64,000 nucleotides of DNA from Eledone cirrhosa (GCA_964016885.1 OZ024741.1:117428001-117492000); one strand, 5' to 3'. Shown: positions 13,850 through 29,382, counted from the first letter of the stretch. Translations and numbers: made by a program. Notes: generated by a model from the sequence alone, not told the origin.

Positions 13850-14615
13850 AACATCAACAACTGCAACCCCACCAACATTACCATCAACTCCACCTCCATC
13901 ACCAACAACGTCTGCAGCACTATCACCATCACCATCACCAACAACATCAACTTCAACGCCAGCATCACCACCAGTAATACCACAAACACCACCATCAACA
14001 CCACCAACATCAACACCATCGCCATCAACACGATCAACACCTACCATCACCACCAACATCACCACCAACATCAACACCATCGCCATCAACACCATCAACA
14101 CCTACCATCACCACCAACATCACCACCAACATCACCACCAACATCAACACCATCAACATCATCACCAACATCACCTCCAACATTACATTCAACACCACCA
14201 CCAACACCACCACCACCAACATCACCAACATCACCAACATTACATTCAACACCACCACCAACACCACCAACAACACCACCACCAACATCACCAACAACAC
14301 CACCAACAACACCACCACCAACATCACCAACAACACCACCAACATTACATTCAACACCACCACCAACACCACCACAACACCACCACCAACATCACCAACA
14401 ACACCACCAACATTACATTCAACACCACCACCAACACCACCAACAACACCACCAACATCACCAACAACACCACCATCAACATCGACTTTAGCACCACCAA
14501 AACAATACCACCACCATCACCAACACCACCCCTACATCACCAAAAGCATCTTCAACACCACCACTACCATCATCAACGCCACCAGCTTCAGCACCACCTA
14601 CACCATCACCAACAT
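13850..14615. repeat. (CAC/CAA/CAT)n low-complexity tract
   Basis: Direct inspection; source of the His/Gln/Thr ORFs. Confidence 0.9.
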
Positions 14616-14765
14616 AGGTCTACAGAAATCAATGTCTTCTAGTCCTACAAAAGGAATCTACCAAAATCTTCCAAATATGATGTAATATATGAGAAGCTAT
14701 GAAATACCAGCCATGGTTTCGACGTCTTTACTCACATGCTACTGTCTTAATCCCTTACTCTCTTA

Positions 14766-14804
<39 letters not shown>

Positions 14805-14811
<7 letters not shown>

Positions 14812-15217
14812 ACCTTACTGCCTTGCACACACACACATACAGACACACACATATACACACACACACACACTCTCACTCTACCTTACTGCCTTGCACACAC
14901 ACACATACACACAGACACACACATATACACACACACGCACACACTCTCTCTCTCACTCTACCTTACTGCCTTGCACACACACATACACACAGACACACAC
15001 ATACACACACACACACACACACTCTCTCTCACTCTACCTTACTGCCTTGCACACACACACATACGCACAGACACACACATATACACACACACACACTCTC
15101 TCTCCCTACCTTACTGCCTTGCACACACACACATACACACAGACATACACATACACACACACACACACTCTCTCTCTCTCCCTACCTTACTGCCTTGCAC
15201 ACACATACACACAGACA

Positions 15218-15258
<41 letters not shown>

Positions 15259-15260
15259 CC
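14805..15260. repeat. ~70-75-bp minisatellite, 6 units
   Basis: CTACCTTACTGCCTTGCACAC recurs six times, separated by CA/CT runs. Confidence 0.9.
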
Positions 15261-15637
15261 TCTCTCTCCCTCGTTATCTCTCTCTTTATCTCTCTCTCTC
15301 TCCCTCTCTCTTTCTCTCTTTCTCTCTCCTTTATTGTTACGCTCTTTTTCTCTATTTCGCTGTCTTACACTGTTTCTCTCCCTACCTTATTGACTTACAC
15401 TGTCTCCCCCCCCTCCCTCTCTGCCCCCTCTCTCTCCCTGTCTTACTGTATTACAATGTCTCTCTCTCTCTCTCTGCCTTACTAACATACACTGTCTTTC
15501 TAACACTGCCTTACTCTCTCACTCTCTCATTCTTATACTCTTTCACTCTCTCACTCTCACACTGCCTCACTCTCACTTTCTCACTGTCTCACTCTCTCAC
15601 TCTCACACTCTCTCACTCTCACACTCTCTCACTCTCA

Positions 15638-15696
<59 letters not shown>

Positions 15697-15829
15697 GGGA
15701 ATGTACAAAATGTCAACATGAACTACAAATCTCACTTCCGGTTTATTTTTAATTTTTGTTTCTGGGTTTAATGTTGTTGAGTTGTGATGTTATTTTAAGT
15801 GTTGTTGACGTCGTTGACTGAGATGTAGT

Positions 15830-16600
15830 CGTAGTTGTTATTACTGTTGTCGTCATAATTATTACTGTTGTTGTTGTTATTACTGTTGTCGTTGTTATTA
15901 CTGTTGTTATTACTGTTGTTGTTATTACTGCAGTCGTTGTTATTACTGTTGTCGTTGTTATTACTGTTGTTGTTATTACTGTTGTCGTTGTTATTACTGT
16001 TGTTATTACTGTTGTTGTTATTACTGTTGTTATTACTGTTGTTGTTATTACTGTTGTCGTCGTTATTACTGTTGTCGTTGTTATTACTGTTGTTGTTGTT
16101 ATTACTGTTGTCGTTGTTATTACTGTTGTTGTTATTACTGTTGTCGTTGTTATTACTGTTGTCGTTGTTATTACTGTTGTCGTTGTTATTACTGTTGTTA
16201 TGACTGTTGTTGTTATTACTGTTGTCGTTGTTATTACTGTTGTTGTTGTTATTACTGTTGTTGTTATTACTGTTGTCGTTGTTATTACTTTTGTCGTTGT
16301 TATTACTGTTGTTGATATTACTGTGGTTGTTGTTGTTATTACTGTTGTTGTTATTACTGTTGTTGTTATTACTGTTGTCGTTGTTATTACTGTTGTCGTT
16401 GTTATTACTGTTGTTATTATTACTGTTGTCGTTATAATTATTATTGTTGTTGTTGTTATTACGGTTGTCGTTGTTACTGTTGTTGTTATTATTGTTGTTG
16501 TTATTACTGTTGTCGTTGTTATTACTGTTGTCGTTTTTATTACTGTTCTTGTCGTTGTTATTGCTGTTGCTGTTGTTGATATTGGTGTTGTTGTTATTGA
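15830..16600. repeat. ATTACT(GTT/GTC)n minisatellite
   Basis: 12-21-bp units; source of the poly-T/V/L ORFs. Confidence 0.9.
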
Positions 16601-17137
16601 TGCTTTTGTTATTGTCATTGATGGCGACTTGTTTTCTAAGGATTGGTCATTTAATAGAAAAAACATTACACTTCTTTTTCAGTGAAGGCGAGTTATGTTG
16701 GTTATTGTGCTTTGTTTACTTCTGGTAGTTTCTGGTGGGTAGGCTTTGGTCTTGTGCTGCAATTAGAAATTCTTCCGTCTCAGCTTTTAGTCCAGTGCTT
16801 CGGAGCCAGTTCAGACACCATGCTTTGCAGCATAGAGCTATGGACCTTTATGCTCTCAGTTCAAATCTGGTGAGGTTAATTTTGCCTTTCATCGTTACGG
16901 GGTCGATAAAAGAAGGCACCAGTAATGCACTAGCGTAATTGCTGGCCTTGTGCCCAAAGTAGAAACATTATTATTATTATTATTAGCTGGTCAAAGAAGG
17001 AAGAATCGACGGAATCGTTGTAATGTCAGAGAAAATATAATTCCGAGACAGTGAGAGAGAAACAATCACATACAGACACACAGACAAACACAGAGAGGGG
17101 GAGAGGGAGAGAGAGGACGAGAGAGAGAGAGAGAGAG

Positions 17138-17185
<48 letters not shown>

Positions 17186-17261
17186 CTACCGATTAATTTA
17201 TCGCGGTCACTCACTTCAAAGAGATTGACTGGCAAAGGGTAATCATTTTGCTTACGGTTTT

Positions 17262-17317
<56 letters not shown>

Positions 17318-17393
17318 AATTTATTCAAATACTATCATAGTTATCTGTATTGTGGTGATTATATTTTCTAATTTCAAATTTCCCAATAGTTCG

Positions 17394-17445
<52 letters not shown>

Positions 17446-18435
17446 GTAATTCCTGATGGAGTCTTAGTGGCACCTCATGCTACTCGGCGTGTCTTGAGCA
17501 CTTTAAAATTAGCACAGCACATTCCCTCTATACGTTTCAACACACCCGATTTCTTCCAAGGAAGGAGAGAGTAAAAGGCAGGAATTAAAAAAGAATCGAA
17601 CCCAGAACTTTGTTTTATCAACCTCAAAAGATAAAGTTTACCTCGGCGGGATCTGAACTGAGAGAGCGCAGAGAACTGTAACGACTGCCGCAAGGCATCC
17701 TATCAAACGTTCTAACATCTCTGCCAATTCATCGCCTAAAGTTATGTTAAGTGAGAATGTATGAAGCAGCTTTTAATGCTTTGTTCCAGCCTTATAATGA
17801 ATCACTCGAATGGACATTGAACCCACTATTCATGAGCTGGTAGTCAACTACTTACTTTATCGATCCGGTCTTTTATTTTTTCCCACACATATAAGGATGG
17901 AATAATTTAAATGGCAAAAGAGAAACAAACAAACATACTTCTGTCACAATATCACTTTCTGTCATTAATAAGCCAAAAAAAAAGCTAATTATCTCTAGAC
18001 TTGTACTTGATTGGCAAGTAAGTGCCTTGATTATTTCAACGAAACAAACTAGCAGTTTGTTTCCCTAACACTACCGCCTACCCCTTACCTCAACGTTTAT
18101 TTTAGTACATTTGTTTTTATGTTTTTATCTCATGGCGCTCCTTTTATTTTCTTCTCGCTCTGACCTCTTCCCCCCACCCACTACTACTTGTCTCCCTCTA
18201 CTGCCATTTGTTATATATATATACTATGAGAGGGAGAGAGAAAGAGAGAGAGAATTACCAGTTTAGACTAGTATGACCATTGTTCAGCTTAGTACTCGAT
18301 ACTCAAGAAAGTATCCACTCACCGTCGAAATGATAAGAGCTCAGCCGTTGGGCAGTAACTCATTAAAATATATGTATATATAAATGTGTGTATGTATGTA
18401 TATACATGTATATATGTATATACATATCTATATAA

Positions 18436-18483
<48 letters not shown>

Positions 18484-18564
18484 GTATATATATGTATATA
18501 TATATGTATATATATATATGTATATATATGTATATATATATGTATATATATATGTATATATATG

Positions 18565-18601
<37 letters not shown>

Positions 18602-18654
18602 GTATATACATATATATGTATGTATATATATATATGTATATATATATGTATATG

Positions 18655-18721
<67 letters not shown>

Positions 18722-19873
18722 AATTCGAGGAGATATAATCGTCGTTATTTTTTTCGGTTATTTGTTTTGTTTTTAATTTTTTTTTTCTTTTGTAAAATAA
18801 GTTAGGTTTCAATTTACTTTGTCCAAAACTAATGTTTGGTTTTGATGCTATCAATAATGTGTTGAGTGAACTGTTATGGAAATGGTTCGCTGCCATCAAC
18901 TACATTTAACAGTATTTTTTTTAAATACCGGAAGAATTTTCATTCTCGAGGTGGTTAATAATGTGAAATGGCATCCCAAATGTCTTTCCTTGGTTCTTTC
19001 ACTTATTTGTTGCTGTTTCAGCCCTTATTTTAGGGGGCATTTGTGTTAGTTTTACTGATGAAATTATCCTGGAAATATATTGGTTAAGGTTGTTTTTTTT
19101 TATAAATAGTATTTTCATTTGTCTTTTGGGGTTGTGGGATTATTATTTTTTGTAGTTATTTATTTATTTGTTCTAACTTCCGTGCTTTTTTGTCTCGTAT
19201 TTCTCATGTGAGAAAATCTGTATTTGTGTGTGTTTTCTTGCGTTTCATTCAAATAGTCATATCTAAGTGTATCAATCTGTGTGCGCGTGTGAACATTATG
19301 TCTGTATACACTCACACACACGTTAATGTGTGTAGCTTAGTAACAAAGGTGTTTGACTCATGATCATGAGTTCCATTCCCCGCGGTGAGTTGTGTTCTTG
19401 AGCAAAACATTTTAATTCCATTTGCTTCAGCCTACTCAGCTATAATTCAAAGGACTGCTGTCGTCATAAATCGAACCCGCGACATTATGATGGTGAGTCC
19501 AATACCCTAACCTCTAGGCCACGCATCTTCACACAAGTTGACATAAAATGGTGATAGTGTATTCTTAGTAAGTGAATTAGTGATATAGTAAAATGATAGG
19601 TTTTCCTTTAGAGAATGTTACTGAGCTTGAGAAAATATTCAGAGAAAAAAAAAATAAATAGATTTGTTGAACATCTAGAAAACTCATCAACATATGTATG
19701 CCAAATAAAACTGAACAGAGTAAGTTATTCAGATACGTATTTCGGTACGAGCAAAACATGTACGCCAACACATAGAAATAATAGAAATTCACACTCTCTC
19801 CTTCTCTTTCTCTCTCACTTTTTCTTTATTTCTCACTTTTTCTTTCTCGTTCTCTTTCTCTCTCACTTTTTCT

Positions 19874-19934
<61 letters not shown>

Positions 19935-20352
19935 CTCGTTCACTTTCTCTCTCACCTTTTCTTTCTCGCTCTCTTTCTCGCTTTCTCTCGCCCCCTTCTC
20001 TCTGTCCATATTAGCTGTATTATATATATTGTCGTTCTAAATCTAACTTTTTTTCCACTTTTATTCTGCTCTCTAGCTAATTTGCATTAGTATTACAATA
20101 TAACTGTGAAATACACATATAATTGTTATTCTTGTCACAGTATGTGTTCAAGTGTTACGCATTAAATAACCTTTAACTATGGAACGAACCTTCTCTTCAA
20201 GGCCACATTGAGTTCTAACAATCTTATCGGCGCCACTATAAACATTTATTATGGCTAACTACTGAGTCTTGTTACTACTTAGCCGTAATGCATGAATATT
20301 TAAACTCTACTTCGGTATTGAGTACTCTTTTCTCTCGTCCATCAATTCCATG

Positions 20353-20399
<47 letters not shown>

Positions 20400-21551
20400 T
20401 ATTAAAAGGGGTAAATTAATTGCGTTCGTAGGTGGTATGCCGAGATGAGCACTCGATGCTCGTGGGGAGCAGAGTATCAATAGTATTAAGATATAAGGGA
20501 ACAAAGAATCATTGTTTCATCATATACTTATTCAATTTCATATTACATATTTCACTGTCGATCGGCTCGAGGAACGATCGATTAATGATCGATCCTGACT
20601 CAGGAATTGGAAGTTCCTCAGATATGTGTTAAAAATGGTTGGATATTTATCCCGATTCCTTATTTTATGCTGCCACACATTCTGTTAAAGGAATTTGACA
20701 TCGCCGTATTCATCCTGTTAAGTTGTATCCGGTGAAATCTCTGTGGGAAACGGCCTAGAACCCAACAGCTATTACTGCTATTTGTTGGTCAAGGCGGAAT
20801 TTTACGCTGGTCTCATACCAACCTCATTCTTGCGTGACGGCCGTTCTGCCGGAAAACTGCTGCTAGTCTTTGAAGTAAGTACGAAGGAAATAAAGCAATA
20901 CAAAAACACAAAAGTGAAACATATGTAATATGTAATTAAATATGTATATGCTGCAACACTGATTCTTTATTCCCTTATATATACTATATATATATAAAGA
21001 GCACAATTTATTAACGTAAATTAATCATTGATACAGTTGTCGTAATAAATCTCTGTTTGAAACCGAAATCCCAAGAAATTTTCAGAAATAAATAAATTAG
21101 AAAAGTTACTGGTGCTGGAAGTCGTATTTATTTATTTATTTATTTGTTTGTTTATTTGTAGGAGAACGTTTCATTTTGAGTTAGATACTTTCAAATACAG
21201 TTCATTACTTTTTGGAAATGTTGTGCTACTTTTTTCCTGAAATTGACCTAGCAACCCTGGTGTATATAATATTTACTAGGCATGTACCAAAGTAGATTTA
21301 ATCAACTGTACCCTCCCCTTCAAATATGTGGCACCGTGCCAAAACAAGAAGAAATCCTTATTATTTCAGTATTAACTCACTGTAGGGGAGACCTTTCACA
21401 GCATCTTCCAGTTCTCCATTAAATTACACAGTAGTAGCTTATACAATGTGCGGTGTTCGTTCCGGCTGTCTGAGTTCAAATCTTACTTTAGAGGTTGATA
21501 AAAAAAAATGTACCAGTCTAGTACAGGGGTCGATTAATTCTCCACTCCAAC

Positions 21552-21612
<61 letters not shown>

Positions 21613-21854
21613 ACTTTCTCTCTCTCTCTCTCCTTCTCTGGACGAAATATATTATGTTTAGAACTGGAAAGGCATCTGGTCCACCAGGTTTTAAAATGCC
21701 CTCCCAAAACGCCGTGTAGTCGCCACAATAACTATAACAGTTAATAATTATGATAGTTAATAACAGAATGATTTACCAAATTTATTCAAATACTATCATA
21801 GTTATCTGTATTGTGAAGATTATATTTTCTAATTTCTAATTTCCCAATAGTTCG

Positions 21855-21916
<62 letters not shown>

Positions 21917-21939
21917 GTGTGGATGAGGGTATATGTATA

Positions 21940-22385
21940 TATAGGTGTAAGTGCACTAAATCCCTTTCTATCACTCTCCCCTCTCCTACCGACCACATGG
22001 AGATATATGTATGTATATTGCTTCCACCCCCTCACTGACCAGCAGCTGGCCATCTGGCCATTGCTAAATCTGACCTTAAAAATAATTCCTCATTCACTAC
22101 TAGAAAGGGACACACAGCAGTCAACTTACTGCTACCAAGATGAAAACTACTATGAAATCCCACACTGAATTTTATACTTGAATTTTCAAATCTCAAATTT
22201 TAACTCTTCTTATTATTAATTTTTCTTAATATTAATCAACATTTGAAAAGATGGCTTTTGCAGACCCATCGAAACCGGTCATTTTTTATACCCTTTATTC
22301 TTTCCTTACCTTATAAAATTATATGTTTTTTCACAAAAAAGTATTCTGTCTCTTATATATTCCATGTGCCATTACCAACCTCAAT
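21940..22385 (+). mobile_element. PLE pseudo-LTR remnant with degenerate HHR (22243-22280)
   Basis: UUGAAAA-GAUGG..CCAUC-GAAAC-CG-GUC with palindromic ACCGGU; lies between (TA)n and (CT)n/(TA)n. Confidence 0.55.
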
Positions 22386-22387
22386 TT

Positions 22388-22745
<358 letters not shown>

Positions 22746-22750
22746 CGTTT

Positions 22751-22832
<82 letters not shown>

Positions 22833-23021
22833 AATATATTCATTTTATTAAGGCTAAATAGTTAGTGTTGTTAACAGGTTTCACTATTTAGCCTTAATAA
22901 AACGAATATTTAATCTCTTCTTCGGTATTGAGTACGTCTATCAGCCTCCAATTACATACGGATATATATTTAAAGATTTTTTTTTAGGAACTTCAATGTT
23001 TTCAAGTTTTTATAGGTTTTG

Positions 23022-23079
23022 CCGTCTGAAGAACTCAGGCTATCATAGCTGATAGTCCTCAGTGAAATATGTATAACGG
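23022..23079 (+). ncRNA. Type I hammerhead ribozyme, core intact
   Basis: Helix I CCGU/ACGG; CUGAAGA; long helix II ACUCAGG-CUAUCA..UGAUAG-U-CCUCAGU; GAAAU-AUGU-AUA. AATAAA follows at 23087. Confidence 0.85.
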
Positions 23080-23127
23080 AGTTTTAAATAAACCTGAATC
23101 AACTAATTATGGCCTCCGATATTTTAA

Positions 23128-23390
23128 TAATTGTTTCTACTTTTGGCACAAGGCCAGCAATTACCCAGTTCATTACTGGTACTTTATTTTAATAATAATA
23201 ATTGTTTCTACTTTAGACACAAGGCCAGCAATTTGAAGGGAAAGAGAAAGTCGATTAAAACGACCCCAGTGCATAATTGGTACTTTATTCTATCGACCCC
23301 GTTAAGATGAAAGGCGAGGCTAACTTCGGCGGGATTTGGCCTCAGAACGTAAAGGGTCATAACTCTATGCTGCAAAGAATCACCGAATAA
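23128..23390 (-). mobile_element. Two tRNA-derived SINE pieces (main family)
   Basis: Same core and tail motifs as the other copies. Confidence 0.85.
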
Positions 23391-23427
23391 TACATATATA
23401 TATATATATAGATAGATAGATAGATAT

Positions 23428-23482
<55 letters not shown>

Positions 23483-23599
23483 TGTGTATCCCGAGTTCAA
23501 TCGGGGGTAACCACAGTAAGTAAGGTACTCAATACATAGTAGAGTATAACATTTTAATATAGAAATGGCTTCTACAGGATTAGAACTGTTTCATTGGAA

Positions 23600-23602
<3 letters not shown>
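23483..23602 (-). mobile_element. Collinear 3' end of the family seen inverted at 8001 and 9229
   Basis: Minus strand GAAACAG-UUCUAAUC-CUGUA-GAAGCC...ATTGAGTACC...GGGATACAC. Confidence 0.75.
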
Positions 23603-24938
<1,336 letters not shown>

Positions 24939-25494
24939 TATATATACATATATATATATTTATATATACATACATATATATGTCCTTTGATTTATCAAAT
25001 TACTCCCTCTACTCAGGCCATCATCACCACACCTCCGGTCCTTTTTTTTTCTTTTTTTTCTTTTCCAGTTCCAACCCGTTATTCAATCAACCATCAGCTT
25101 GTCACCGTATGCCTTAACCAATAAACCTCGCACACCCTTCACCCACTTAAATTCTCTGTAGTGTCTGCTATTTACATTTGTTTATCGTTGTTTTGTTTTT
25201 CCTTCTTTACCTTCTTCTTTTCATCTTCCTTTCCACACGCTTCACATTCTTTCTCGAAGATAAATAAATAAATAAATAACATGGGTTTAAAAAAAAAAAG
25301 GTACAACATAAACAAACATGTAGTTACTTGTCTGTCTGTCCGTCTTCTTTCAATCCTCTTCTGCTTCTTCTAATGTGTGTGTGTGTGTGGGAGGGGAGTT
25401 CTATTTGTTTCCCTTTGTCCTTTTCCTTTGCTCTAATATTTTTCTTTCTATCTCTAAAATTGACTACAACCACTAATTTACATCCTCACACTTG

Positions 25495-25555
<61 letters not shown>

Positions 25556-25560
25556 ATTTC

Positions 25561-25666
25561 TTTTACATTTATTTTTACTCTCTTATTGGATATCAGTTTT
25601 TTTTAATACATTTTATTATATTTTGTGAATACAACAATGAAAATTACAGCCGTTTCATACAAATGT

Positions 25667-25736
<70 letters not shown>

Positions 25737-26090
25737 GTATATAACGAGATAGTTCCGGTGGTAATTTGGTAAAATCCTTATCAAACCCAGGTTTTGTTAC
25801 TCAACAAGCTGAAGATCACAAGCTAAGTACTGATTGCACGTTGATAGGTTTCTTGTCAAACCCATACTGCTGAAACGTCTGGCATCCTAGGTCCCTGAAG
25901 CACCTTCCAAGTCTCTTCGATTGGAATGAAGGAGGCTATTTTCAAGAACGAGCCCCTGAAGATTTTATCTGTAGGGACCATGAAACATTTGTATGAAACG
26001 GCTGTAATTTTCATTGTTGTATTCACAAAATATAATAAAATGTATTAAAAGAAACTGATATCCAATAAGAGAGTAAAAATAAATGTAAAA
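25561..26090. mobile_element. Element with 106-bp inverted repeats (25561-25666 / 25985-26090) and degenerate HHR (25956-25993)
   Basis: Arms differ by one base. CUGAAGA..GAAAC-AUUU-GUA overlaps the start of the right arm. Confidence 0.75.
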
Positions 26091-26377
26091 TTTTTTCGCG
26101 GCATTTTCTAGCATGAATGTAGTATGACCCTTACTCTACACTTCTTTCTCCCTTTCTTTCTTTCTTTCTTTCTTTCTACCCCTTCTTCTTTGACGGAGTG
26201 GTGGTAGTGCATTATAAGCCTTCGCCCCCTCACCAGATATTCATTAGTAGCTTCAGTTGCCAACACTTTGAGAGCGACTGGCCGAGAAGCTAGTTGGTCA
26301 GTCGTCCTCTCTGTCTCTGTCTCTGATTTTTCGGACCCATGGTTTTTTTTACATATTCCTTTGTTATATTCCAATAC

Positions 26378-26412
26378 CTGATGATATCACCGGATTCATA
26401 TGGAACCCGGTC
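26378..26412 (+). ncRNA. Degenerate HHR in a pseudo-LTR remnant
   Basis: CUGAUGA-UAU..AUA-U-GGAAC-CCG-GUC, then AATAAA and (TA)n ~70 nt downstream. Confidence 0.4.
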
Positions 26413-26482
26413 ATTAAAATGTTCATAGTATAATAAACCTTTCAAGGATTTACACCAGTCCAGCCTCCTGTTATTTTATTTC

Positions 26483-26531
<49 letters not shown>

Positions 26532-26534
<3 letters not shown>

Positions 26535-27601
26535 TTGGCCCACACAGGACCTTCGCTCCGAAGATGCCTCTCCACCAAACCCGACGAGTCAGATGGGACG
26601 TGTTCCCTCAGCAACTGCCCGATACGGGGTCAGATTGCCTACGCACCTATGTCGTATATAAGATTCAATACGATAAATGTAACAAGTTTTACATAGGTAG
26701 CACCATCCGACCCCTACATGTTCGTATCAAGGAACATGTCAACACCAACGCATCTTCCTTCCGTAAACACATCCTTAAATGCGGAAACCCACAGGGCAGA
26801 CCCTTGGTCACAGTCCTAGCGACTGAACGCAGCATCGGATCCTTAAGGATAAAGGAAGCACTTGTTATTAAGAACCTCAGACCCCCACTTAACAACCGGG
26901 CTGAGAGAAATGAGCTGACATGGCTAATCTAACCATAGTGACCAGTAACAGCCCCTACGGCCTACTATCTTTCACACACACGCACTTAGATGTATACCCA
27001 TACACATACACACACACACACATCTATATTTATACACGCACACATGTTTATACAACCTACCACCTTTCACACCCTTTGAATTCCAGCTTCTACGGCCCAC
27101 TATCTTTCACACACACACACTCACATACATACACACATACACATATACACACACAGTTACACACACATATATATTTACACATACATATTTTACGGCTTTC
27201 ACACGCTAGCGCACCCTATTGATTTAACCCAATTGGTCAGTAGCTTTTGCCACAGCCTATCACGCGCACGCGCATTCTTTCCCTCGTTTGAATTTTTTCC
27301 CCATAACGGCATTCCTATGTTTTAACGACAATACAACTTTCTCCGGCTTAGCCTGTTTCCCCCCCCCCCTTTTGGAACTTTCCCCCCGTTGATGGGCGTG
27401 AGCCCGAAATATTGGGATTAAATCTCCACTACGGTAACCCTTCTACCTTTGTTTTGTTTTCGTTTTTTCGTTTCTCTCAATTTTCACTTTTCTCCTATTT
27501 CTCACTCACTTGCTACCTCGAGATTTCCCATCTGCATTGTTGTGGCTTTCTAAACTACATATTTTACATATTTCACAATGCTTCAAGCAAACTTTAACAC
27601 C

Positions 27602-27605
<4 letters not shown>
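26532..27605 (+). mobile_element. Truncated PLE: endonuclease plus 3' pseudo-LTR with minimal HHR (~27381-27417)
   Basis: (TA)n on both sides; UCCC-C-CCGUUGA-U-GGGC-GUGA-GCCC-GAAAU-AUU-GGGA. Confidence 0.8.
26535..26932 (+). pseudogene. 5'-truncated, frameshifted GIY-YIG endonuclease of a Penelope-like retroelement
   Basis: VVYKIQYDKCNKFYIGSTIRPLHVRIKEH..H..C..EALVIKNLRPPLN matches the PLE GIY-YIG with CCHH motif (first C mutated to Y). The adjacent frame from 26535 gives the linker LAHTGPSLRRCLS..CSLSNCPI. Confidence 0.9.
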
Positions 27606-27644
<39 letters not shown>

Positions 27645-27652
<8 letters not shown>

Positions 27653-28719
27653 ATACTTGGGGAGGGTCATATTTGTGTAATATTGCCAGAATTAATAACA
27701 GAACACACTCACTGTTTGGTTGGTTTTCGCTTCTCGCTGTCTTTCATATCGGTAATCTAACTTACTCGGTCCTCAATGTTGCCATTGACTGACCGACGGT
27801 CAAAAATAATACAGATACAATATAGACACAAACACATATATATAGTTTATCATAAATCTTTCGTTGCACATCTGCAACATCGTCAGTGGTGTTATATTTT
27901 CCTCCTGTTGTGTTGTATGTCTACGCCATTTTTATTCAGTCTGTCAATATATTTTTTATTTATTTGCTTGTTTGTTTATTTTATTTCGTCTTCTTTGCGC
28001 ATGCGTTTGCGTGTGTGTATAGTGTTATGTTTGCTGTGTGATGGGTGACTAGTGTGTGTTTATGTGCTTGTTGTTATTGTGCTTGTGTATGTATTTATTT
28101 ATTTATTTATCTTATTTTATTTACTTATTTATACTTCTCTTAGGTCAGTGTTGTTTGTTTGGGTGTTGTTGTTATTCCATTCATTCTTTCTGTTTAGCTT
28201 TGGTCTTCTAATTTCTATTTCACTGGCCTCTCTGATTTGCCTATCTGCTGGGTCATTTCTATGTTTAGATATTATTCTAATTTCTATGTTGTCTATGTTA
28301 CCGTCATCTTGTTGTCTAGCATGTTCGTATAGTACTGACCCGTTTTTTCGTCCTTTTGGTTCCCCCCCAGTTTTGGTGTATCCTTTCACCTATGCTACGA
28401 GCTGTCTCACCTATGTATGTTGTTGTCATGTTTCTGCAAGTACCCTCTGTACATCTTATGCTATAGACTACGTGTGTTTGTGTCTATATTGTATCTGTAT
28501 TATTTTTGACCGTCGGTCAGTGAATGGCAACATTGAGGACCGAGTAAGTTAGATTACCGATATAAAAGACAGCGAGAAGCGAAAACCAACCAAACAGTGA
28601 GTGTGTTCTGTTATTAATTCTGGCAATATTACACAAATATGACCCTCCCCAAGTATAACAATATTTGTTTCGACACACGATTTCATATAAAAAAACCTCG
28701 CAAAACTAATTCATCGCCG

Positions 28720-28720
<1 letters not shown>
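27645..28720 (+). mobile_element. (TA)n-flanked element with ~190-bp inverted repeat (27645-27835 / 28474-28664)
   Basis: Two mismatches between arms. The tail TGGCAA..TGACCCTCCC.AAGTATAACAAT recurs at 1700-1810 and 30205-30340. Confidence 0.8.
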
Positions 28721-28761
<41 letters not shown>

Positions 28762-28767
<6 letters not shown>

Positions 28768-29382
28768 AGATAAGCAGAACAAGTAAAATTCAACCAATTT
28801 TTCAAAATAAATTAAAATTAATATACAATTAAAATTAATCAAAATTAAAAAATATAATATAAATATTTACCTATTCAAATGGCCCTAACTGTACAGTTTC
28901 ACGTTGCAAAACATTAGATATCACATGGATATTAATGGAAAAGCAAAGATCATCAGAGAAGCATTTTCCTTTCCTAGGGTTAAAAACCCCAAGAACGATA
29001 AAATATGTGACCTCACTCCAACTAATACAGGTCTGAAAGGTCGTGAAAGTGACCCATAAATACGTTGGTGTATAGTGAAGGCGGGAAATCGTAGACTTGT
29101 TGTCTATGATAGCTACCAAAAAAAATTTTTAGCAGCTAGATAGAACGACAGGGTTTTTCTCTACATAATTGGAGAATATTGAATAAGGTTAATATATATC
29201 TGAGGGTACAATGTACCCCCGGAAATATATAGGGTGTCTATGATTTAAGGTGGTTCTATGGTAATAATTTGATATACCAGAACTTAATATCAAGATAAGC
29301 AGAACAAGTAAAATTCAACCAATTTTTCAAAATAAATCAAAATTAATATACAATTAAAATTAATCAAAATTAAAAAATATAA

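Noticed and set aside
13749-16666. Mucin-like Thr/Pro-rich and poly-Thr ORFs
   Set aside because: Trinucleotide-based minisatellites; the first starts within a SINE; no splice or signal evidence.
19056-19090. CUGAUGA..GAAAUAUAUU possible HHR
   Set aside because: Helices I and II do not pair; too decayed to call.
28515-28545. GGCAACATT resembling an HDV ribozyme segment
   Set aside because: No P1/P2/P3 pairing could be built; likely coincidence.
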